A stretch of 64,000 nucleotides of DNA from Octopus sinensis (lineage: Eukaryota): contig NC_042998.1 of NCBI RefSeq assembly GCF_006345805.1, positions 129,518,001 through 129,582,000 of the forward strand, in the 5' to 3' direction. The notes below the pieces were generated by a model. The model worked only from the letters and a program-made list of their open reading frames with translations. It made no database searches and was not told the DNA's origin. The position numbers were made by a program, and so were the translations under genes. Shown here one piece after another: positions 1 through 12,200 of this stretch (position 1 is its first letter; every line of letters begins with the position of its first letter).

Positions 1-200
1 ATTTGCATCATGAATAAGCAAACAAATATTAACCTCGTTGTATAGGTGGAGCTTATCCGCAAGTGAGTATGATCTGGTAATGGTACCAAACTTTCGGTAA
101 TTGTTTCAGGTGAATATGTAGTCGCGGGTAAACATGGAAAACCTTTCGGCTAACCTACGATCGATAAAGTGTAAGATCAAGGATATGACAGCTGGATATT

Positions 201-231
201 GATAGATATATAGATATAGACAGATAGATAA

Positions 232-283
<52 letters not shown>

Positions 284-312
284 GTAGAGAGAGAGAGAGA
301 AGGGAGAGAAAG
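201..312. repeat. (GATA)n/(GA)n compound microsatellite
   Basis: Direct reading of gatagata... followed by gagaga... Confidence 0.95.
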
Positions 313-470
313 GGAACTGCATTAACTATCAGCTAGAGTTCATTTTCTGTTGAGTGAACTAGGGCAACGGGAATTCAAATTCCTTGTTCCAGAACACAAT
401 GGGCTGGCCAAACCAGAAATCGAATGCACGAACTTACGATAGTGAAACAAAACCCCCGACCATTAGACCT
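313..470 (-). mobile_element. Old tRNA-headed SINE fragment (family A-like)
   Basis: On + reads gagtgaactagggcaac...gaacacaa...aatcgaatgcacgaacttacgat...accattagacc, a diverged version of the minus-strand head seen at 51990-52105. Confidence 0.5.
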
Positions 471-914
471 CAAAACCGTTCATTTGAACAGAACAAGCTG
501 CCATCTTATGGTTATAGCTGTCATCAACTAGATGCAAATATATGAAATCAGCACTCGCTTTCAAAATATGATTTGTAAATAGCTTTAAGCTGATTGCTTT
601 CTGTAGGATAGCTAAAAGATTTTAGAGGAAGGCAACTCCATAATTAATCCCAGTAGAGATATCTGCATTTCACATGAATCGCATTTGTTGTTCTTGATAT
701 ATCGTGAATAATAAATAACTTTCTGCGTAAACACATCTAAACCAAGCACGATTAATGCTGGAGTTGCTATCTAAAAATACTTTCTTTTCTTAAAACTTAA
801 CCTCTCCAATCCTCTATAATCGCTTTCACGTCCACTTCACACTTCCTTCATACTAACACACAATGTGTATCAACCCTCTACGACACTAAAACAACAATGT
901 ACATCCGCCACATG

Positions 915-1161
915 ATTGCACACACATACATTCACGCGCACGCACATACACACACACAGAGACACAGACACACACACACACACAGATTCACTTAATTGTC
1001 CTCTTTTGACATCACTGACACAGCGGTATACTACATATATTTCTGTTCCCTAAAGACACACATATACACACTTGCAAGCCATGCACAGGCAAACACACAC
1101 ATACACGCATTCGCACGCACGCACGCACACACTTACACACACACACACACACACACACACA
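915..1161. repeat. (CA)n-rich compound microsatellite
   Basis: Direct reading; it generates the HTHT/CVCV ORFs. Confidence 0.95.
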
Positions 1162-1393
1162 CTGAGTTCCTTTCTTGCATACACAAATGCAAAATATTCC
1201 CATACGATTCCTGGAACCTTCCTTTCATATCTCACTTATGACTTCAGCTCTCGATCTTATGGCTGCAAAACACAATTCCAAACATTTCCGTTCTACCCAC
1301 ATCCGTTCTTTCATTTCCCATACTGCTTCAGTTAAATCAGCATAATCTTTTACTTAACTCGGTGCTATCATTTGTTTCCTTTCCTATATTTAT

Positions 1394-1430
1394 CAGGTTG
1401 ACAAGGGTCCATTGCCCGAAACCTTAACTT
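1394..1430 (+). ncRNA. Degenerate minimal hammerhead-ribozyme-like motif
   Basis: TTGACAA (1398-1404), GGGT-CCATT-GCCC stem II, GAAA (1418-1421); stem I pairing is poor. Confidence 0.4.
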
Positions 1431-1947
1431 CTCATGTTTACTCCACTCAACGTAATTATATACTTCCTGATCTTGTTCGATTTGTTTATACTTGTTTCCT
1501 TTGTTCTCGTGTATCTACTTCACCGATCGCAATGCTATCGCAGACTGCATGAACAGCGATTGAAATTTGTGAGCCCTCATGGAAGTCAAGACAAGATTTT
1601 AACTACTTATTTTCTGAGTTGCAATATTATTTTGATCAAGAGGTGGTCTAATGAGAAAGTATAACAATCATTGAAATTTTGCTGGCAAATTTGAAATTTT
1701 GCCAAGGCTTGATATGTCATTCCTTCCGTTTTGTGACCGTTGTTCCTAGGAGAATGTTTTGACATTATACATAAAGCACCTTATGCATCATTGTTATGTG
1801 AGGTGCAGTGTCCATTATATTCCAGGTTATAGGGATGCTTCTGTAATTACTAGAGGTATTGTCCTTGAAAATTAGTTTTTGGAGTGGGACAAAGAAATTG
1901 TGGGACAAGTGAAAATAAAAATTCATAAAGCACAAAATTTACATGGA

Positions 1948-2010
<63 letters not shown>
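1948..2010. repeat. (AAT)21 tract, 5' flank of Dong-like copy A
   Basis: Perfect AAT repeat ending directly at aaggcgtttgat. Confidence 0.97.
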
Positions 2011-2012
<2 letters not shown>

Positions 2013-3957
2013 GGCGTTTGATAGCATCCCCCACACATGGATCCTCGAAACACTAGCCATTAACAAAGTAGCACCAACAATCATAAAATTCATAGAGCAC
2101 TCTATGAATAAATGGCAAACAGTCCTACACCTCCAAACAAAAGAGGGACTCATGAAAACCAAAGACATCCCCATTAGAAGAGGAATATTCGAGGGAGACA
2201 CGCTCGCTCCACTCCTTTTCTGCTTGGCTCTGTCACCTCTATCTGATATGCTAAATAGAACTGGATGCGGATATAAATGTTACGGCAAAACGATCAGCCA
2301 CCTTTTATATATAGATGACCTAAAACTATACGCTGCAAATGACAAACAGCTGGAAACACTACTAAAGACAGTTCATGGATTTACCAAAGAAATAGATATG
2401 AAATTTGGATTAGAAAAATGCGCCAAAGTAACCCTGAAAAGAGGAAAACTAGTTAAGAGTAACAACATCACACTAGATAAAACCAATGAAATAAAAGAAT
2501 TAGACCAAAGCCAAACTTACAAATACTTAGGAATCCATGAACTAGATAAGACACAACACACACAAATGAAAGAGAAAATAAAAAAGAATATTATAGACGA
2601 GTTAGATCAATACTAAACACAGAGCTCAATGCTAAAAACAAGATAATAGGTATCACACTTTAGCTGTCCCAGTTATAAGTTACAGCTACAATATCCTTAA
2701 CTGGACACGAAATGAACTGACCAAAATAGATAGGAAAACAAGAAAAATAATGACAGGATCTAGGATGCATCACCCAAAATCTGACATAGAAATACTATAT
2801 ATACAACGTATAGAAGGTGGTAGAGGCTTTATACAGCTGGAAAACTACTATAAAATAACCACCATAGGACTGCAAAAATATCTACTTCAGAAGGAAGGAA
2901 AACTGATCCAGATATCAGCAAAACACGAGCAAAACAAAAACTTTTCTCAGTATTTAAGGAAGCTGACAAATACAAACAAGAAATCATACCACCTAATAAA
3001 CATGAAGAAGAAGAAGAAGATGAAGAAACAACAAAAGCTATAAAACAAATGAAATCCAAATTAAAAATAGAACAGCAACGAACCATGATAAAACGATGGC
3101 AAGAAAAGCCCCTTCATGGTAAATACTGGACTAAACGCAAAAGAAATAGACAAAGAAAAATCCCAGCAATGGTTGAGAAGCTCAGGACTCAAAGCAGAAA
3201 CAGAGGGATTTTTAATTGCAGCACAAGACCAAAGCCTCCCCACCAGAAATTACCAAAAACATGTAATGAAAAGAAATATTACAAGTAACTGCAGAATATG
3301 TGGAGATGGACAAGAAACAATAAATCATATTATCTCTAGCTGCCCAGTCTTGGCTAAGAAGGAATATATTCACAGACATGACAGAGTTGGAACCTACATA
3401 CATTGGAAGCTATGCCAACATTATGGAATAACAACAGAAAAAAGATGGTATAGGCACACACCATAAAAGGTCACAGAAAACGAGAAAGCAACCATACTCT
3501 GGGATATGCCGATACACACAGATAGAGAAATTAAGGCCAACAGACCAGATATAGTTGTCAGAGATCATGATGGAAAAAAATGCTTTCTAATTGATGTATC
3601 AATACCGGCTGATGACAACGTGTCTCTAAAAGAAATGGAGAAACTCTCAAAATACAAAGACCTGGAAATAGAGGTAACTAGAATGTGGAATCTGAAAACA
3701 GAAACAATTCCTATCATAGTAGGTGCATTAGGCATGATAAAAAAATATTCAGACAAATACATAACAAAAACGCCAGGACTTACAAATATATATAACATAC
3801 AGAAAATTGCTCTACTGGGCACTGCACATATCCTACGCAAAACACTTTCAATACAGTAACCATAAGAACATCACAGCAACCCACAGCACATACCCAAGGC
3901 AGGCACACAGAGCTGCGCTCGATAGTGAAGTGAAAGCATGTTATAAAAGTAAAACTA

Positions 3958-3960
<3 letters not shown>
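2011..3960 (+). mobile_element. R4/Dong-clade non-LTR retrotransposon, 5'-truncated copy A (RT, CCHC finger, restriction-like endonuclease), with frameshifts and stops
   Basis: KAFDSIPH...RRGIFEGDTLAPLLF...HLLYIDDLKLY...YKYLG; CRICGDGQETINHIISSC; ANRPDIVV...LIDVSIP...EKLSKYKDL; about 100 bp 3'UTR ending aaaactactg, then (AAT)n. Confidence 0.93.
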
Positions 3961-4021
<61 letters not shown>

Positions 4022-4048
4022 TTAATAATAATGATAATAATAATAATA

Positions 4049-4489
4049 ACACAGGTAGAGAAATTAAGGCCAACAGACCAGATATAGTTGTCAGAGATCA
4101 TGAAGAAAAAAAATGCTTTCTAATTGATGTATCAATACCGGCAGATGACAACGTGTCTCTAAAAGAAATGGAGAAACTCTCAAAATACAAAGACCTGGAA
4201 ATAGAGGTAACTAGAATGTGGAACCTGAAAACAGAAACAATTCCTATCATAGTAGGTGCATTAGGCATGATAAAAAAATATTCAGACAAATACATAACAA
4301 AAACGCCAGGACTTACAAATATATATAACATACAGAAAATTGCACTACTAGGCACTGCACACATCCTACGCAGAACACTTTCCATACAATAACCATCAGA
4401 GCATCACAACAAATCACAGCACATACCCAAGGCACACAGAGCTGCGCTCGGTAGTGAAGTGAAAGCACGCTATAAAAATAAAACTACTG
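4049..4489 (+). mobile_element. Dong-like 3' fragment, copy B (RLE domain + 3'UTR)
   Basis: REIKANRPDIVV...RRTLSIQ*; same family as A; (AAT)n on both sides. Confidence 0.93.
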
Positions 4490-4498
4490 AATAATAAC

Positions 4499-4535
<37 letters not shown>

Positions 4536-4562
4536 TTAATAATAATGATAATAATAATAATA

Positions 4563-5000
4563 ACACAGGTAGAGAAATTAAGGCCAACAGACCAGATATA
4601 GTTGTCAGAGATCATGAAGAAAAAAAATGCTTTCTAATTGATGTATCAATACCGGCAGATGACAACGTGTCTCTAAAAGAAATGGAGAAACTCTCAAAAT
4701 ACAAAGACCTGGAAATAGAGGTAACTAGAATGTGGAACCTGAAAACAGAAACAATTCCTATCATAGTAGGTGCATTAGGCATGATAAAAAAATATTCAGA
4801 CAAATACATAACAAAAACACCAGGACTTACAAACACATATAACATACAGAAAATTGCACTACTAGGCACTGCACACATCCTACGCAGAACACTTTCCATA
4901 CAATAACCATCAGAGCATCACAACAAATCACAGCACATACCCAAGGCACACAGAGCTGCGCTCGGTAGTGAAGTGAAAGCACGCTATAAAAATAAAACTA

Positions 5001-5003
<3 letters not shown>
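4563..5003 (+). mobile_element. Dong-like 3' fragment, copy C (514-bp tandem duplicate of B)
   Basis: Near-identical to B, including the upstream microsatellite interruptions. Confidence 0.93.
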
Positions 5004-5090
<87 letters not shown>

Positions 5091-5092
<2 letters not shown>

Positions 5093-5603
5093 AGACCGAC
5101 AATACTATAAAAGCTAATAAACCGGATATTATTATAAAAGATCAGACAAAAAAGATGTGTTTATTAATTGACATGAGTATCCCTTGCGATCACAGCATAG
5201 CGGCGAAAGAATTTGACAAGATTAGTAAATATAAAGACCTGCTAATAGAAATTGAAAAGATGTGGCATCTCAAGGCGACTACAGTACCAGTGATTGTAGG
5301 ATCTCTAGGAATGATAAAAAAAAGGTACTGAAACCCATTTGAAAATGATTCCAGGCTTACCATCCCTACAGGAAGTGCAAAAAATCGTATTAACTGGAAC
5401 GGCTCATGTACTGAGAAGAGCATTATCACTGTGAAATCAACATCCATCCATGAACTTATTTATTTATTGATTTTTAAATACATATTTTATCTGTGAATTT
5501 GCGTGTGTAATCTGGGAATGCATACAATGAGCTTCTCTGCCCTATGTGTATGGAAAACACTCGGCGAGAAACGGAAGAAAATTTGAAGAAAGAAGGAAAA
5601 AAC
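5091..5603 (+). mobile_element. Dong-like 3' fragment, copy D (different subfamily)
   Basis: QTDNTIKANKPDIIIKD...LIDMSIPCD...KEFDKISKYKDL...KIVLTGTAHVLRRALSL*; distinct 3'UTR; AAT-flanked on both sides. Confidence 0.9.
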
Positions 5604-5662
<59 letters not shown>

Positions 5663-5672
5663 AATAATGATA

Positions 5673-5763
<91 letters not shown>

Positions 5764-5796
5764 TAATAATAATAATAATAATAATAACAATAATTA
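5604..5796. repeat. (AAT)n-(GAT)n-(AAT)n compound microsatellite
   Basis: Direct reading. Confidence 0.95.
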
Positions 5797-6331
5797 TCAG
5801 GCAGTGGTTTTCATGGCATCTGATCTTAATTGATTGGAAGTGTTATCATGTATATGCTTTGTCTTGGTATAAATGACAGGCTACAGCAAATATTCTGCTC
5901 AGTATCACAGATTTGCTTGAGAGTTGTTTGACCTTAACCTGTTGACCATGTCCCTTAGTGGCTGACGATATGTGCATCTCTGATCACGAGCAGAAATAGT
6001 GGGGGAGCATCATAGCCATGTGTTGAGAGGAGTTCTTTGGGGTTTGGATAATTCACCTCTAGAAAAGTGAGTGTTTCGTTCAACATCCTTAAACAACCTT
6101 TATTCAAGGACCTTTTGAGCGGGATGGGCTACTCGACGTGAAGAAAATTCTAATTGGGTCCCACCTGCAAGTTCATGTACTGTTTATCTTGATATGAAAT
6201 CACCATGTCGCCAACATATGGTTGTGACGTATGTGCCTGGCGTACCCTTATCAGACGGGTAGTCATGATGGGTGTACTAGGCTTCGTATATTTTACCCCA
6301 GTGTCATTTCGATGACATACGCTGCTCTCTT
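5797..6331 (-). mobile_element. SINE-like interspersed repeat, unclassified
   Basis: Non-coding unique-looking block between two AAT tracts, resembling an abundant octopus repeat from recall; no second copy in the window to confirm it. Confidence 0.4.
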
Positions 6332-6345
6332 CAATAATAATAATA

Positions 6346-7270
6346 GTGAAAGTATGAAACATTGGAATACTCAACTGATCGGAGGAAAACAACAACTCGG
6401 AAAAATGAACACCAGACGTATAATATTCCAAGGTGACAGCTTATCTCCATTACTATTCGTATTGGCTATGACACTGCTTACTACGGTACTATTAAAAGCT
6501 AAAATTGCTTTCGAGTTGGGAAAAAGAAATGGTCAGATAAAAGTCTAGTAGAGTATTTACAGAGTACCACGGAAAAAGCTACTAAAAACAGCTTATAAAG
6601 AACAGGTGATGAAGTGCGTAATAGGAGAAAGGGAATCAAATGAAATACAAAGAGATATCGAAGAGAAACCTCTGCATGGCTAATCATAGTGAGACACTGA
6701 GGACGTATGTGGAACAAAATCCTGAGCTTGGTTAAAAAAAGGGGCAATTAAAAAAAAAACAGAGAGCCTAATTGCAGCAGTCCCTGATCAAGCGATGAAA
6801 ACAAACAACTTGAGAAAAAACATATAAGGAGAGTATGTGTCAGAAAAATGTTCAGCCTTTGGAACTTGGAAAGAGACAGTGGCACACATTGTGGCAGAAT
6901 GTCGCAAGTTGGCACAGGAAGTATATAAGAAATGGAAGCACGACCAGGTTGTAAACCTTTTACACTGGAAACTGAGCCAGAAATGGCGATTTGAAGCTGG
7001 ACACACATGGTACAATCATCGAGTCGAAAAATACTTAAGTCGGAGAAATGTAAGATTTTGTGGGACTTTCTTATTCAAACGGACGAGAAGATAGAAAATA
7101 ATAGACCAGATATTACACTTATAGATAAGGAAAGGCGAAGATGCTTACTTCATGCCTGTTTGATTTCAGGATCGTAAAGAAAAGGGGAATAGAAAGAGCC
7201 ACCATGGCTCTCGAGGTCTATGGGTGAGACTTGGAGAAAATTTGCACAAATACAAAGCAGAAGCCAAACA
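6346..7270 (+). mobile_element. Dong-like copy E, heavily decayed and internally deleted (third subfamily)
   Basis: RRIIFQGDSLSPLLFVL; EKPLHG; KETVAHIVAECRKLAQEVYKKWKHDQV; KILWDFLIQTDEKIENNRPD; AAT runs at 6333-6345 and 7272-7291. Confidence 0.85.
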
Positions 7271-7401
7271 TATAATAATAATAATAATAATTTATGCATA
7301 AGGACAACAGTTTTGAATGGGGAGGACAGCATCGACTCCAGTCTTTGAAAGGTAATTTATTTCATTGAGGTTTGAGAGATAAGAGACAAATTTCTCTTCA
7401 G

Positions 7402-7470
7402 CGGGATATGAACTCCGAAGTTGTCCAACGCGCGATGCCAGAAATTTGGGAAGATGAGGACGTTAATCAA
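7402..7470 (+). CDS. Candidate 69-bp coding exon (RDMNSEVVQRAMPEIWEDEDVNQ)
   Basis: Acceptor tttctcttcag, donor gtaaat, length a multiple of 3, stop-free; no protein family recognised. Confidence 0.3.
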
Positions 7471-7529
7471 GTAAATCGATCTCAGGATTCGATAATTTTT
7501 TAATTATTATTAAGCACAGAAATAATACC

Positions 7530-7610
7530 TACCTCAGTGGGATTTGAACACCGAACGTAATGAACCAGAACAAATGCCACAAGACATTGAGTTCGACACT
7601 AGTGGCTGCC
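7530..7610 (-). mobile_element. SINE family B fragment
   Basis: Reverse complement ttacgttcggtgttcaaatcccactgagg matches the family B B-box region. Confidence 0.45.
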
Positions 7611-7619
7611 AATTTGCAG

Positions 7620-7718
7620 TAGGAGTAACATTCATAATATTAATATTAGTAGCAGGAGCAGTGGTAAAAGTAGTAGTAGTAATTGTAAAAATAGTACTAG
7701 AAGCAGTAGAAGTGGTAT

Positions 7719-7761
<43 letters not shown>

Positions 7762-8180
7762 GGTGGTGGTTGCAGAATGGGCGGGAAAAGGAATATAAGA
7801 GAAGGTGGCGGAGGATGTGAAGGTCAAGGAGACGAAGAGGAAGAAGGAGAGAAGGAAAAAGATGGAGGAGAAGAAAAAAAGAAGAGGAAGAAGAAGAAGG
7901 AGAAGAAAAAGAAAGAAAAGAAGAAGAAGAAGCTGGAATAAAAGAAAGGGAATGACAATGAGAAAAAGAAGTGGAAAGAGCCGAAGAAGAAGAAGATAAT
8001 AGAGAAGCAAAAGAAAAATTGTTTGCGAAGTAATGATAAGAGATAAGAAAATACTAGGAAATTTATGTCAGCAAAAATAGCATTATTATGGGCTGTGGAA
8101 TCAGAAAAGATGATGATGATGATGATGATGGTGGTGATGATGGTGCTGATGATGAGGTGACGAAGGAGATGATGTCGATG

Positions 8181-8212
<32 letters not shown>

Positions 8213-8355
8213 GATGATGATGATATTGATGAAGATGGTGGTGGTGGGGGAGGTGGTTGTGATTGATGATGATGGCGATGAAGGTGATGATGGGGATGAT
8301 GATGATGATGATGATGATGAAGGTAATGTAGGTGATGATGATAATGGTGATGATT

Positions 8356-8386
<31 letters not shown>

Positions 8387-8418
8387 CGATGATGACGATG
8401 ATGGTGGTAGTGATGATA

Positions 8419-8466
<48 letters not shown>

Positions 8467-9053
8467 TTGATGACGATGACGACGCGACTGAAGGTGAAGC
8501 AATTACGGCTTCTGATGAAAACAGTGATGTCAGAAATAATGCAAATGACTTCGCTTCCCCTTCTTTTTCCTCTGTTTTCTTTTTTTTTACAATGTTTTCT
8601 GTTTCTAATATTTTGTTGTAGATGCTAATGCTGATGTGATATTGACTATCATGATGATGATGATGATGATGTTGGTACTGATGATAACGGTAATAAGAGC
8701 GTTGTTGTTCCTCTTGTGGAAGATGATGACGCTGATGATGATGACATTGATTATGTAGCAGCTGTGGCACATTTAACTGATGAATTGATGATGCTGCTGC
8801 TGCTGACGATGATGACGATGATGATGATAGTGGTGATAATAATGATGATGATGAGGATAATGATGATGATGATGATAATGATAACGATGATGATGATGAT
8901 GATGATGATGATGGTTAGAGTGAAAACCAGTATGATGATGGTAGTGATGTTAGTGGTGGTGGTAGTGATGATGGCGACCACGATGATGAGGATGATGACG
9001 ATGTTTATAGTGAAACCAGTAGGATGGTAGTGGCGGTAGTGGTGGTGATGATA

Positions 9054-9103
<50 letters not shown>

Positions 9104-9430
9104 GATAGTGACGACGACGGCAGCGGTGGTGATTGACGTGGTGGTGGTAGCTGTTATTAGGAAGATAATTCAAGTGTTCCTGCTGCTGCTGCAGCTGCTC
9201 TTTGTGATAATGACGACGATATGATAGCTATTGCTGATGTTGCTGCATGTGATGATGGCAGTGATAATGGCGTTGCTGCTTTCCTTGTTGCTGTTGCTGC
9301 TGCTGCTGTGGCTCTTGTTGTTGTTGTTGTTAATGTAGATAATATTGACTATGATGATGATGATGGTGGTGATGGCGATAATGCTGGATGTGGTGAATAG
9401 GGTGGCGGTTATAATGCTGTTAATATGATA
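7620..9430. repeat. Long compound trinucleotide mosaic (AGT, GGT, AAG, GAT, GCT)
   Basis: Direct reading; source of the poly-D/M/H ORFs. Confidence 0.95.
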
Positions 9431-9442
9431 ATGCACACACAC

Positions 9443-9484
<42 letters not shown>

Positions 9485-9720
9485 GTATACATGTTTTATA
9501 TGCATCTTATACATGTCATCTAACACATGCATAGTAAAATGTAACGTATATAACGTACATCATGTATTTTATGTATGTTACTGCGTGAAATGTATATACA
9601 TTATGCATGTTTTTGTAAATTATGAACGAACAATTGCTTATGCATGTCATGGTTCTTTACAATACACTGTGAAATTTGTGCAACTACGTATACATATATC
9701 TATATATATATGGGTATAAA

Positions 9721-10010
9721 CATTGTATATAAAGAAACAAGAACGTGAAATACACAAAGGGACGAACACAAAAAACGGACGGGTCATTCGAAGCCTTTAA
9801 TCTTCAGTCAGAAACCGGATCATCATAGTAAATTTCGGCTGATTAATCCTGATATTGCTCCGACACGGCCAGCCCCAATGAAAAACTAAGCTGCGAGCAT
9901 TAGATTTCTTGGAAAAAGGAGCGAATGTAAACGAAACAAGGACAGAAAAACGGACGAAGCCACACGAATATAAATACAAAAAACAAAAACAAAAATAAAA
10001 ATAAAAACAA
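9721..10010 (-). mobile_element. Unclassified interspersed repeat, pyrimidine-rich on the minus strand
   Basis: Architecture resembles the short elements at 36117 and 54046 but no complete ribozyme core was found. Confidence 0.3.
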
Positions 10011-10184
10011 GAATGGTAATAACAGGATAACAGCAGGTGTCTTACGACTTTAGACAAATTTAGACAAATTTAACTTATCTAGCAGGCGTGTTTGGAAAAA
10101 TTGCCTTTTCGGCAGACGGGAAAAATTGCCTTTTCGGCAGCGGTCACCAACAAAATGGTTGTTTATTCAGCAGGTCACATGAGG

Positions 10185-10262
<78 letters not shown>

Positions 10263-10383
10263 GAGAGAAGGAATTAAAGAGGTTGATATATATATTTACA
10301 TATTTACATATATCATATTAATATATATATATAAATATACATATACCTACAAACATACATATATATATATATATATATATAAT

Positions 10384-10434
<51 letters not shown>

Positions 10435-10592
10435 TAGAAGGTATGAAGATGATTGACAGGTAGTATATATTAGAAGAAATAAGGTACTCAGAAATCATGA
10501 TGGTTTTATATTTACAGATATTTATTAAGATGTCCCATGTTTTTATAAACCATATATTAGCACTTGCGTCCACTCTAGTGGAGTTGTCAGAT

Positions 10593-10787
10593 TGGAAAAT
10601 CATCAGGGTGTACAAAGACAATAAGGATTCCATTCGGATACGTTTGGAATACACATAGTATATAGACATGTTTATTATGTGTGTAAAATAAACATGCCTG
10701 CATAATAAACATGTGTATATAGTCTGTGTATGACAAACGTATCCGAATGTAATCCCTATGGCCTTTGTACACCCTGATGATTTTCCA
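10593..10787. repeat. Near-perfect inverted repeat (87-bp arms, 21-bp loop)
   Basis: 10593-10679 vs reverse complement of 10701-10787: 9 mismatches counted by eye. Confidence 0.92.
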
Positions 10788-10959
10788 TCCAAGGTATCTA
10801 AAATGCAAAATTATTATTTATATATGTGTTGTAATTTTAATTTTGTTTGTGAAATGAAACAATTGTTGATGAATATGTTGATTGATTAAGAAAGTAATTT
10901 GTATCCATTAGATCTCTATGTTTTCCTACTCGAGAATAATGTTTGATATTTTACGTTAA

Positions 10960-11010
<51 letters not shown>

Positions 11011-11163
11011 ATGTATAGATATGTTGTGTGTGTGTGTAAATATATATATGCATATAATATATATTATAAATATATTTTCGTATATATTTGCACACACATA
11101 CACACACACATATATATTTTATATATATACAGACAGACATACATGCATAAATCACATACATAC

Positions 11164-11217
<54 letters not shown>

Positions 11218-11800
11218 ATATATATGTATTTAATTTACATATATCACATCATAAGATTTATGGTACTTGTCATGTATTTTACGCACATCATCATGCAAAA
11301 TCTATATCTGGTAGTATTTATTTTCAATATATTTTAGTATGAAACTGATTATGTTTTGGATGTTCTTCTAGGATGCGAAATTTATTAAACATGCTATATA
11401 GCAATTGTGTAGTGTTTATTATATGTATATGTATGTCATGATTCCTACCTATTTATTTGTGTGAAATATAATATATCTGTCATGTATTTCATGTGAATTA
11501 TAGTCTGAAATTTATGTGTGTCATGCATATCTTCATTTATATTATGTTATATTATATTCTATCAATTTTGTATTATCGCGTTGAACACATTATGTTTGAC
11601 ATATTTTATGCATATTATGATGTGATGTATGATATATACATAAATATATATATATATACATATATACACACTCACACACATATATATGTATCTCTATCCT
11701 TCTGTCACTCTGTTGCTCTGTCTCCCTTTGTATATACGCATATCACTTATTTTTATGCATATATATATATATATATATCTATATATCTATGTGTGTGTGT

Positions 11801-11840
<40 letters not shown>

Positions 11841-11924
11841 ACGGTTTAAATTTTGTTACATATATCATGTATGTTTATGTGTAATACAGTGTGAAATGTA
11901 TTATTTATGCCATGTATCCGACGA

Positions 11925-11960
11925 GCAGCAGCAAAAACAACAACAACAGTAATTATAGTA

Positions 11961-12010
<50 letters not shown>

Positions 12011-12089
12011 GAAGAAGAAGAAGAAGAAGAACAACAACAACAACAGTAATAATGATCACAAATAACGCCATGAAGAAGAAGAAGAAGAA

Positions 12090-12136
<47 letters not shown>

Positions 12137-12200
12137 AGAAGAAGAAGAAGAAGAAGAAGAAGAAGAAGAAGAAGAAGAAGAAGAACAACAACAACAACAG
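11925..12200. repeat. Compound CAG/CAA/AAT/AAG microsatellite
   Basis: Direct reading. Confidence 0.95.

Noticed and set aside
1879-2616. 245-aa ORF with ATG, poly-Asn and RT, as a domesticated fusion gene
   Set aside because: The poly-N is the (AAT)21 target tract read in frame by chance; the RT is 5'-truncated and frameshifts at about 2600.
3905-3925. GAGC-TGC-GCTC hairpin in the Dong 3'UTR resembling the 36.2-kb hammerhead stem II
   Set aside because: No flanking CUGANGA/GAAA; more likely a 3'UTR recognition stem or coincidence.
3961-5603. CRISPR-like repeat-spacer array
   Set aside because: The repeats are simple (AAT)n and the spacers are retrotransposon fragments in a eukaryotic context.
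7534-9532. Poly-Asp/Met/His/Ser ORFs as acidic or biomineralisation proteins
   Set aside because: All frames stay open only because of trinucleotide mosaics; there is no splice or codon evidence. The same applies to 12597-13297, 29572-31946 and 61404-63176.
9781-9830. Hammerhead on minus (CTGAAGA...GAAT)
   Set aside because: No GAAA and no stem II consistent with the core.
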